Assembly: GCA_964352775.1 (NCBI GenBank)
Contig: CAYGTK010000006.1
Coordinates: 1-55,117 of the forward strand
DNA: 55,117 nt
From: an uncultured Chitinophagaceae bacterium
GTDB taxonomy: Bacteria > Bacteroidota > Bacteroidia > Chitinophagales > CAIOSU01
Reading direction: 5' to 3'
Shown: in pieces, positions 1 through 7,503 of the stretch
How positions within the stretch are numbered: position 1 is the stretch's first letter
Layout of the letters: each line of letters opens with the position of its first letter
Translations under genes and position numbers: made by a program
Notes under the pieces: model-generated
What the model was told of the DNA's origin: nothing
Database searches by the model: none
What the model saw: only the letters and a program-made list of their open reading frames with translations

Positions 1-197
1 TCTGTAGGAATCATTTCCACATTACGCTGCTCATGAACATCGTGAAGGGTTGATTTTGGTATGGCATATCTTTCATGATAAAAATTTAATACGATTTCTT
101 CATCATCGTATCGCATACCAAAAGCTCCATTTACATACAAAGGATTATAATCTTTTGAATATTTGTATTTGAATTTGAATTTTTTCTCTTTCGACAT
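1..197 (-). CDS. Hypothetical protein, 5' part (runs off the window)
   Basis: Not in the ORF track. Hand translation from ATG 197 gives MSKEKKFKFKYKYSKDYNPLYVNGAFGMRYDDEEIVLNFYHERYAIPKSTLHD..., open to the window edge. Confidence 0.7.
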   Translation of the reverse strand, partial: MSKEKKFKFKYKYSKDYNPLYVNGAFGMRYDDEEIVLNFYHERYAIPKSTLHDVHEQRNVEMIPT

Positions 198-366
198 TTG
201 CTTATGCAGTTTTCTTTAATTGAAAGTACTTACTGTTTACTAGGTAAACAATAAATACGTGAAAATAGTGTGAATAGTTAATTTTTATTGTCTGCTACAG
301 CATACAACATTCCCCAACTCCCCGCTAGCGCGCATTCTATGATAAATACAAATTTCAGTTGCTTAA

Positions 367-1347
367 TTAAGTAGCAAATTTAGCTAATGGTACAAAAGGA
401 GTTCCTCTGTTAACTACAGCTACTATTCGGTGAAGTAATTTATTCCTGATGGCGTTCATTATCAGCATGCCGTTCTTTCCCTCGGCTTTCTTTCTCTCGT
501 AGTAGATCCTGATTTCGGCGTCGTGCCGCTTGGCATTGAGTGCCCCCATATTGAGTATCGATTTCATCTTCTTATTGGCAAATGGACTAACCCTGCTTCG
601 ACCTTTGATACTGGTTCCCGAACTGTATTCAAAGGGTGCTACCCCACAATAGCAGGCCAGTTTCCTGGCATCTTTGAACTGGGTGAAACATCGTGTTACC
701 ACCAATAGGTTAGCGGCTATCTGTGGCCCAACGCCTGGTACCGAGTTGAGTAGCCTATAGTGCTTGTCTAGTTGCTCATCGCTCTTTATAAGTGCGGTGA
801 TCTTGTTGTCCATCTCCGCTATTTCTTTGTTTATTGCGTTGATGGCCTTTGTATTGCTGGGTACTAGTTTCTTGCTAATGAAGTCGGCACATTCCTTGGC
901 CGGTATCTTTAGCAAGCCCTTAGCCTTGAGGAGCCTGTCGCGGTTGTTTAGCAACAGTTTGAGTTCCATCAGTTTCTCATCGGGCAGAGAATACAGTTCC
1001 AGCTCATCCTTAAATCGAAGGGCGAATCGTGCGATAGAACGGGCATCGGCCTTATCGCTCTTACCCCTCTGTAAGCCTAGCGACCGTTTAATGACCAGAG
1101 CGGGAACTAAGCTGTAGTCGATTTTTTTGCTGGCCAAAAATGTACAGAGTGGCATGGTATAAACGCCTGTGTGTTCCATGCAATAGAGGCTGGGCTGTTT
1201 GCCCACCCACTTGCGTAATAAGCTAAAGCCCTTGCTAGTATTGTCGAACTTGGCATATTCAACACCTTCCGAAGAGCCAGTCATGACACAAACATCTAGG
1301 GTGTTCTTTGATACATCGATACCTACGAACTGGACGTGGTTTTTCAT
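367..1347 (-). CDS. IS110 family transposase/recombinase
   Basis: N-terminal DEDD RuvC-like motifs GIDVSK, MEHTG and KSDKADA. C-terminal Transposase_20 motifs SVPGVG and YCGVAPFEYSSGTS (catalytic Ser region), plus AIRNKL. Confidence 0.97.
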   Translation of the reverse strand: MKNHVQFVGIDVSKNTLDVCVMTGSSEGVEYAKFDNTSKGFSLLRKWVGKQPSLYCMEHTGVYTMPLCTFLASKKIDYSLVPALVIKRSLGLQRGKSDKADARSIARFALRFKDELELYSLPDEKLMELKLLLNNRDRLLKAKGLLKIPAKECADFISKKLVPSNTKAINAINKEIAEMDNKITALIKSDEQLDKHYRLLNSVPGVGPQIAANLLVVTRCFTQFKDARKLACYCGVAPFEYSSGTSIKGRSRVSPFANKKMKSILNMGALNAKRHDAEIRIYYERKKAEGKNGMLIMNAIRNKLLHRIVAVVNRGTPFVPLAKFAT

Positions 1348-1373
1348 ACCTTTAGTTTTAACATTAATAATGT

Positions 1374-1530
1374 GTCGTTCAGCATTAATGCCTTTAATGG
1401 GTCTCTAGCCCGATATTCTATTGAATGCCTGATCGACGAAGTGACAGGGGACTGATGCGCCAGATAGGACTCTATTCCTTGCGAGCGTGTTAGTTCACCC
1501 CTGTCATTTCTTAAGTTAATCTTTTAGCTT
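1374..1530 (-). ncRNA. Putative IS110 bridge RNA: target-binding loop 1439-1509, donor-binding loop 1374-1437; ends approximate
   Basis: Stem aagtgacagggg (1439-1450)/cccctgtcattt (1498-1509) encloses guides gcgagcgtg (1481-1489) and gcgccag (1457-1463). Stem gtcgttcagcatt (1374-1386)/aatgcctgatcgac (1424-1437) encloses guides attctat (1415-1421) and aatgccttta (1387-1396). The guides match the target flanks and the IS ends. Confidence 0.8.
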
Positions 1531-1544
1531 CTGCTAATCTAAAG

Positions 1545-1853
1545 GCGAGCTTGAAGCTCGTGACTACGAAACATAAAAGCCAAGGTTGTAGTGAGCGGGA
1601 GGTTACGACCAGTCGAACTATGGAGTGCCGAGCGATGGACGGTGTTCCCTTCACGGCCCTGCACCCTTCGACTATTCCGCTACGCTGCATGCTCAGGATG
1701 ACCTATGCTTTTTTGTATGTAATAACGAGCACCCCGCGTGAGGGATAGTAGTGGCACCCCACAGCCCTTCGACTGCTGCGCGTTGCTTCGCGCTCAGGAC
1801 GGCAGGCTAAGGCGAGGAGTATAGCGGATAGCCCGACCCCTAGGGACACGCCC
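1545..1853. repeat. Cluster of REP-like GC-rich palindromic repeats
   Basis: Hairpin cgagctt-g-aagctcg at 1546-1560. Two direct copies of cccttcgact...gctcagga (1664-1702, 1765-1800) and one inverted relative gtagtgagc...agtcgaac (~1588-1618). A longer gcgtgagggatag...tatagcggatagcccgacc...cacgccca element spans 1736-1853. Confidence 0.7.
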
Positions 1854-1940
1854 ACCTTTCAATTATAACAGTAACACACGAGTTATTATATTTAGTAACG
1901 GCGATAGAAAAACCGACCATCAAGAAATACAAGATAAGCC

Positions 1941-2459
1941 ATGAGAGTAACTAAACTGATACTGTTATTGGGCATCGTAATAATTGGGTGTACAAACACG
2001 AACGCTAACGAAGTAGAGCAGCAAGAAAGTGAAGCGGTACAAACGGAAAAGGAACCTTCTACAGATCAACAGATAGCTACCTTTTTAACCTTCCAAAAGA
2101 ATGATGCCGAACAGGCCATGAACTTTTACATAAGCTTGTTTGATAACTCAAAGGTTATTTACCTTAAACGCTGGGGAGCTGAAGGCCCAGGGAAAGAAGG
2201 CACCATAATGCATGCCACCTTTGAACTGAATGGACAACGATTTATGTGTAGCGATAGCCCACCTATACACGATTGGGATTTTTCGCCAGCAGTATCTAAT
2301 TACGTTGACTGTAAAGAGGAACGTGAATTGGATGCCTTATTCTCAAAATTGGCTGAAAATGGACAGGTAACCATGCCACTGGGTAATTATGGGTTCAGTC
2401 AAAAATTTGGATGGGTAATTGACCAGTTCGGTGTTTCGTGGCAATTGAATTGGCAGTGA
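1941..2459 (+). CDS. VOC family (PhnB/3-demethylubiquinone-9 3-methyltransferase-like) protein with N-terminal lipoprotein-like signal
   Basis: Motifs TFLTF..NDAEQAMNFY, HATFELNGQRFMCSD and GWVIDQFGVSWQL. The N-terminus ends IIIGC. Confidence 0.88.
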   Translation: MRVTKLILLLGIVIIGCTNTNANEVEQQESEAVQTEKEPSTDQQIATFLTFQKNDAEQAMNFYISLFDNSKVIYLKRWGAEGPGKEGTIMHATFELNGQRFMCSDSPPIHDWDFSPAVSNYVDCKEERELDALFSKLAENGQVTMPLGNYGFSQKFGWVIDQFGVSWQLNWQ

Positions 2460-2523
2460 GCTTCCATCACAAAGCTTAAATTTTCTACTCCTTCATTACC
2501 TAACTATCCCGTAGTTTTAAGCT

Positions 2524-2796
2524 ATGGATAAGCCTAGTATTTGGTTGCGGGGGGTGTTTGCTATGCTGCTGGTGCCAATTTGTTTTGTATTGGCGGCGGG
2601 GTTAAGCCTCTTTTTTATCCCTGATAATGAGGGTTTTGCTGGCGCTGCTACGGTGGCTATGAGTGGTTTGGGGGGGGCGTTTTTAGGCTTGCTTGGGGGT
2701 ATTGTGCTTTCTGCTCAGTTACCTAAAAAGCTTTTGGTACGGGCCAATTACGTACTGCTTGTAGTGGTAATAGTGTTAGTAGCTTTATTTACCTAA
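2524..2796 (+). CDS. Small membrane protein (about 3 TM), possibly truncated by a premature TAA (frame reopens to 2889)
   Basis: Three hydrophobic stretches including GFAGAATVAMSGLGG. A further 30 open codons follow the stop. Confidence 0.65.
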   Translation: MDKPSIWLRGVFAMLLVPICFVLAAGLSLFFIPDNEGFAGAATVAMSGLGGAFLGLLGGIVLSAQLPKKLLVRANYVLLVVVIVLVALFT

Positions 2797-2913
2797 AAGT
2801 ATAACAAAGACAATGCCCATGATGGGAATAACAGCCCAGCCGTGCCGCCTAAGATAATTACCAAACCTGCTGATAAAGTAAAGCTTTAATGGCAGTGAAT
2901 TTTGGGTACTGAC

Positions 2914-3294
2914 CTATTCCTTGTTAAATATCCAACCATTAAGGCCCACTACTTCGCCTATGTCTATGGCCTCTCTAATTTCCACTACTCTGAGTCCAAA
3001 GCCAGGTATCTTTAAGAGTACCTGCAGCATGTTTGCTTTTGGGTATATCTTTATTTTTTTGATGATACCTGCTTTGCCACCACCTCTTTTTTCTAGGTAG
3101 CTTTTGGGTTCGCCGCCTGACCAGATAAACTGAAATCGGCCGTAAGGGGTTTTTCCATAGCCCAGTTTTAGCTCATCGCCGATTTTTATGGTGAACGAAG
3201 TGTCTTTATAGGTTACGGTTACTGAGTCAAGTTTTTCTGCAGCATATATGCCTGTGCTAAGTAGAGTGATAACTAGGATGATAAGTGGTCTCAT
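2914..3294 (-). CDS. Hypothetical secreted protein
   Basis: Signal-like N-terminus MRPLIILVITLLSTGIYA. Alternative start at 3312. Confidence 0.7.
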   Translation of the reverse strand: MRPLIILVITLLSTGIYAAEKLDSVTVTYKDTSFTIKIGDELKLGYGKTPYGRFQFIWSGGEPKSYLEKRGGGKAGIIKKIKIYPKANMLQVLLKIPGFGLRVVEIREAIDIGEVVGLNGWIFNKE

Positions 3295-3343
3295 ATTTGT
3301 CAGTTGATACATAATTAATGTAAAGGTACTATTGTACTTGAGT

Positions 3344-3700
3344 TTATTGATTTTTTTTTGCTTGAGCTAAAGCTTCATCAAGCACCTCTGTTATCACGTT
3401 CACAGGTATATCATTACTTGGGTTAATAGGCAATATCTTCATGCGCTTGCGGCTACCTGCTTGTAGTTGGGGGTGCTGCATTAGGTTGCCATTTACTAAT
3501 AGAATGTAGGGCTGGTTGGTTTTTTTATCCGTCCACAAGTAGCAGAGGGCTTTGCCTTGGTAGCAGAAGCAGGGCATACCGTATTTGGTGCAGGCAGTTA
3601 GTTCGCTATGGTGTGCTAAAATGATGTCGCGCAGGGCAAGTAGGCAGCTTTTATTGAGTTCTGTTTGGTTCAGGTAAAAGTGGTCGGGCTCTTGTGGCAT
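3344..3700 (-). CDS. DUF1801 (YdhG-like) domain protein
   Basis: Motifs CLLALRDII, KYGMPCFCYQGKALCYLW and GSRKRMKIL. ATG 3700 preferred over TTG 3736. Confidence 0.85.
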   Translation of the reverse strand: MPQEPDHFYLNQTELNKSCLLALRDIILAHHSELTACTKYGMPCFCYQGKALCYLWTDKKTNQPYILLVNGNLMQHPQLQAGSRKRMKILPINPSNDIPVNVITEVLDEALAQAKKNQ

Positions 3701-3749
3701 TTGGCTAATGTAGTAAGCTAGTTTCCAATTTACCAATTATCTTCCCAGC

Positions 3750-4349
3750 ATGGATCTGTTCAATCACCAAGCTACTAACTTGCTGCCTTACGATGGCGAG
3801 GTGGTGTATTATGGTATGGTGATGAATAGCTACCAAGCTTCTACCTATTTAGATATACTGCTTAGCACCATTGCTTGGCGAAATGATGAGGCCAAAATGT
3901 TTGGCAAACATTACATCACCAAACGCAAAGTGGCCTGGTATGCTGAAGAAGAATACAGCTATAGCTACAGCAACACTACCCGCCAAGCATTACTGTGGAC
4001 ACCCGAACTGCTAACCTTGAAAAAACTTGCGGAGGAAACCACTGGGGCTACCTACAATTCGTGCTTGCTGAACTTGTATCACGATGGTAACGAGGGCATG
4101 GCCTACCATAGCGATGATGAGAAGGCATTGGCTAGAGATAAGTCTATTGCTTCCTTAAGTTTTGGGGCCGAGCGGCGTTTTCTATTTAAGCATAAGCGTA
4201 CAAGTGATAAGGTAGAAACACTGCTACAAAGCGGAAGTTTGCTAGAAATGAAAGGAGCAACCCAAACCAACTGGCTGCATAGACTACCACCTACTAAAAA
4301 GGTAACAAGGCCAAGAGTCAATTTGACTTTTCGAAAGATGATGGTTTGA
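3750..4349 (+). CDS. alkB: AlkB-like 2OG-Fe(II) dioxygenase (ALKBH2/3 type)
   Basis: NSCLLNLYHDG, H-x-D (HSDDE), second His (WLHRLP) and RVNLTFR. Confidence 0.93.
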   Translation: MDLFNHQATNLLPYDGEVVYYGMVMNSYQASTYLDILLSTIAWRNDEAKMFGKHYITKRKVAWYAEEEYSYSYSNTTRQALLWTPELLTLKKLAEETTGATYNSCLLNLYHDGNEGMAYHSDDEKALARDKSIASLSFGAERRFLFKHKRTSDKVETLLQSGSLLEMKGATQTNWLHRLPPTKKVTRPRVNLTFRKMMV

Positions 4350-4464
4350 AGTAGATAAGGCACTTTAGACCATAACCTGTTGGCGTTTAACGGGTAACAA
4401 TTCGCACTATTTATACACTATTAAGGGGAAGGCTGTGTTCCGAATTCACCCTATCTTTAGGCCG

Positions 4465-5121
4465 ATGAAATGCTTCCTATTTATTATCGCTTTATGGCCC
4501 ATGATACTCTGCGCCCAGTTGCCTGAAAAGGCACTTTGGGTAGAGGTGGCAGGCGGTGGCGGTTCAGGCGTGTGGACGCATAATAAAGGCACTAGCAGCA
4601 ACGGACAATTCAATACCGAAGGCTGGGAGCGTAGCCATAGCAGCGCCTTTGTAAATACGGAGTTCAACGTAGCGTTCAGATACAGAAGGTGGACCGTGGG
4701 GCTGGGCGGAACCTACGACATGTTCTTAGATAGAACCATATACGCAGCCGACCATAGCGACAACAACCCTAACCTTATCTTATTTGCCGAGAATAATTTT
4801 CTACGCTTGAACAGGGTATATCTTATTGGGGGCTACAACATCGTTCACAAGCCTAAATACCGAATGGGGCCACAGGTAAAAATGGGACGCTTTTGGGAGA
4901 ACAGCATTCACCCTGATAAAGCCAATTTTAAACGATTTTTTACTTGGGAAGTGGCTATTGATAATGAAGTACAACTGGCTAAGCGATTTGTGCTAGCCCT
5001 TCGTCCCCATTATGTGAGCTACATTATTTATCCTGAAAACCGAGTAAGCAAAAGCGAACGCCATCGCATTTTCGACTTCGGGATGGTAATTGGTTTACGA
5101 ATCAATTTATTCGAAAAATGA
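4465..5121 (+). CDS. Hypothetical outer-membrane beta-barrel-like protein
   Basis: Signal peptide MKCFLFIIALWPMILCAQ, amphipathic beta pattern, C-terminal FGMVIGLRINLF. Overlaps the apbE start by 4 nt. Confidence 0.7.
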   Translation: MKCFLFIIALWPMILCAQLPEKALWVEVAGGGGSGVWTHNKGTSSNGQFNTEGWERSHSSAFVNTEFNVAFRYRRWTVGLGGTYDMFLDRTIYAADHSDNNPNLILFAENNFLRLNRVYLIGGYNIVHKPKYRMGPQVKMGRFWENSIHPDKANFKRFFTWEVAIDNEVQLAKRFVLALRPHYVSYIIYPENRVSKSERHRIFDFGMVIGLRINLFEK

Positions 5122-6116
5122 GAGGGATACTGCTCATATCGTCCCTCCTGTTCTCCCTAGGTGTTTGGGCAGCTCCGCAGTCTTTCAGCAAGACCTTACT
5201 GCTTATGGGTAGCCGCTTTGACATTACCGTGGTGCAAGAAAACCAAGCTGATGCCGATAAAGCCTTTGAGGTGGCTATTGAAGAAATAGCAAGAATTGAA
5301 AACCTGATTTCTAGCTGGAAAACTACTTCTGAAACAGCCCAGATAAACTACAATGCAGGAATAGCTCCAGTAAAGGTTAGTGAAGAGTTGTTCCAATTAA
5401 TAAGCCGCTGTCAAAAAGTAGCAGCTACCACAAGTGGGGCATTCGACATCACCTTTGCGGGCATGGACAAGCTCTGGCATTTTGATGGCACAATGAAGGA
5501 ATTGCCTTCGGCGGAAGCTATCAAAAAGTCCATTTCTACAGTTGATTATCAGAAGATACAAGTAAACAAAGAACTGATGACAGTTTTCCTTCCTGAAAAG
5601 GGAATGAAGATAGGTTTTGGTGCTATTGGTAAAGGATATGCTGCCAACCAAGCCAAGGTCAAGCTTTTAGAATGGGGTATTGAAAATGGCATTGTTAACG
5701 CTGGTGGCGACTTAATTGCTTGGGGAAGCGATGAAAATGGCGAACCTTGGAAGCTGGCGGTCAGTCATCCCGATGGGCGAGAGAAGGTATTGGCCTGGCT
5801 ACAAATAAGCGGACAGGCAGTAGTTACTTCAGGTAATTATGAGAAATTCGTAGAGTTGGATGGTGAGCGCTACAGCCATATTATTGACCCTAGAACGGGC
5901 TATCCAAGTGCTGGCTTAGCAAGTGTGACCATCATTTGCCCCAATGCAGAATTAGCTGATGCTTTGGCCACTGCCGTATTTGTGTTGGGAGCTGAAGAAG
6001 GGCTTGCCTTAATAGAGCAACTGAAAGGTATTGAATGTATGCTGGTAAAAGCCGATAAGGAATTAAAGAACTCAAGCGGAGTAGCTATGCTGTATTACGG
6101 AAACCAAAAACCATGA
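5118..6116 (+). CDS. apbE: FAD:protein FMN transferase
   Basis: Motifs MGSRF, GAFDIT, GAIGKGYA, VNAGGD, VTSGNYE, YSHIIDPRTG and ADALATA. Confidence 0.96.
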   Translation: MRGILLISSLLFSLGVWAAPQSFSKTLLLMGSRFDITVVQENQADADKAFEVAIEEIARIENLISSWKTTSETAQINYNAGIAPVKVSEELFQLISRCQKVAATTSGAFDITFAGMDKLWHFDGTMKELPSAEAIKKSISTVDYQKIQVNKELMTVFLPEKGMKIGFGAIGKGYAANQAKVKLLEWGIENGIVNAGGDLIAWGSDENGEPWKLAVSHPDGREKVLAWLQISGQAVVTSGNYEKFVELDGERYSHIIDPRTGYPSAGLASVTIICPNAELADALATAVFVLGAEEGLALIEQLKGIECMLVKADKELKNSSGVAMLYYGNQKP

Positions 6117-6322
6117 GGAAGGCAGTAGTAATATTGGTAGTGGTGTTTGGTCTTTCGGCTTGTACGGCAGTTAAACCATACGAGCGTGCCCGTCTTAACG
6201 ATGAGGATATGGAGTTGCGCAACCGCAAGGAAGAGGCATATGAGATAAATGCAGGTACTTATCGTGAAGGTGCATCAGGTGCCAATGGCGGAAAAGCGGG
6301 GGGTGGATGCGGCTGCAACTAA
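6113..6322 (+). CDS. DUF4266 small lipoprotein
   Basis: Lipobox LSAC, VKPYER, C-terminal GGGCGCN. Confidence 0.9.
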   Translation: MRKAVVILVVVFGLSACTAVKPYERARLNDEDMELRNRKEEAYEINAGTYREGASGANGGKAGGGCGCN

Positions 6323-7503
6323 TTATTATTGGCTTATTATTTTATACTGTGGCCTATGGTGTTGGGCCAGATAGTACCGCTGTACCCCAACCCAAAGAAG
6401 GTAAAACACGCCAATCGATAGACATGAATATCTTATTCAGCTATTACGACCAAGACGGCAACAACTCGGCAGTAACTGGCGGAAGGGGTACTGAAAAGTT
6501 GACGGACTACTCTAGCACCATTACTTTTTACGTACCCTTAGATACTGTTACAAGTGTAACTGCGGCGGCTAGCCTTAATTACTATACTTCTGCCAGTTCA
6601 GATAATATTGATACCCGAAAGTCGTCGCCATCGCGTAATGATACCCGCAGTAGTATTGATATGGGCTACAATAAAGAACAACCCCAAAAGCGAACCAACT
6701 ACAGCCTATATGCAGGTGGCTCTATTGAAACAGATTACCTATCCAGTTATGTAGGTTCTGGTTTTGGAAAGATGAGCAAGAACAAGAATAGAAGTATTGA
6801 CCTTACGCTTAAAACCTACTTTGATACCTGGCAAATGATATTTCCAGATGAACTACGAACTACGGGACAAAACTCATTGGGCACAAATAAGCGGCGGACT
6901 TTCCTACTATCTTCCGTATACGAACAGACCTTGACTAAGAACTTACAGCTAGCCGTTATGCTCGACTTGGTTGGTCAACAGGGTTTGCTGTCTACCCCAT
7001 TCCACAGGGTGTTTTTTAATGAAAATGACCTTACCCCACCTGATGAAGTTCGGGTAGAGCGACTGCCTCAATATCGGATAAAAATACCCTTGGGTTTTCG
7101 GTTGAATTATTATCCCTTAGATAGGTTGGTGCTTCGTGGTTACTATCGCTTTTATGTGGATACTTGGGGGGTAATATCCAGTACTATCAGCATTGAAGCT
7201 CCTATCAAGTTAACCCCGCAGTTAAGCATTTATCCTTTCTATCGATTTTATACCCAAACTGCGGCAAACTACTTTGCCCCTTACGCAGCGCATGACCCAA
7301 CCGACGAATTCTACACATCTGATTTCGACCTTTCAGGTTTTAATAGCCATAAAGTGGGTGGAGGAATAAAGTACAGTCCGCTATGGAAATTAGGTAAGCG
7401 ATACGGTATGTTAAAGAGCATAGCCATCCGCTATGCCCACTACCGACGAACCAATGGATTAGTGGCTAATATGGTTACAGGAAGCATCACTTTTAGAATG
7501 TAA
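6307..7503 (+). CDS. DUF3570 outer-membrane beta-barrel protein
   Basis: MRLQL start overlapping DUF4266, with SYYDQDGNNSAVTGG.GTE, LSTPFHRV, ERLP..R and YTSDFDLS. Confidence 0.88.
   Translation: MRLQLIIIGLLFYTVAYGVGPDSTAVPQPKEGKTRQSIDMNILFSYYDQDGNNSAVTGGRGTEKLTDYSSTITFYVPLDTVTSVTAAASLNYYTSASSDNIDTRKSSPSRNDTRSSIDMGYNKEQPQKRTNYSLYAGGSIETDYLSSYVGSGFGKMSKNKNRSIDLTLKTYFDTWQMIFPDELRTTGQNSLGTNKRRTFLLSSVYEQTLTKNLQLAVMLDLVGQQGLLSTPFHRVFFNENDLTPPDEVRVERLPQYRIKIPLGFRLNYYPLDRLVLRGYYRFYVDTWGVISSTISIEAPIKLTPQLSIYPFYRFYTQTAANYFAPYAAHDPTDEFYTSDFDLSGFNSHKVGGGIKYSPLWKLGKRYGMLKSIAIRYAHYRRTNGLVANMVTGSITFRM

Larger units (their letters stand above)
332..1546 (-). mobile_element. Complete IS110-family insertion sequence (bridge recombinase type), flanked by a GC core on each side
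   Basis: Contains an IS110 recombinase and a structured ~195 nt non-coding end, with no terminal inverted repeats seen. GC lies at 332-333 and 1545-1546. The flanks cccgctagcgc and gagcttgaagctcgtg join into one palindromic repeat. Confidence 0.85.

Noticed and set aside
1551-1748. 65-aa ORF beside the IS
   Set aside because: It runs across palindromic repeats, starts with TTG and has no protein-like features.
1584-1853. Possible CRISPR array or tRNA
   Set aside because: The repeats are few, degenerate and irregularly spaced. No cas genes and no cloverleaf were seen.
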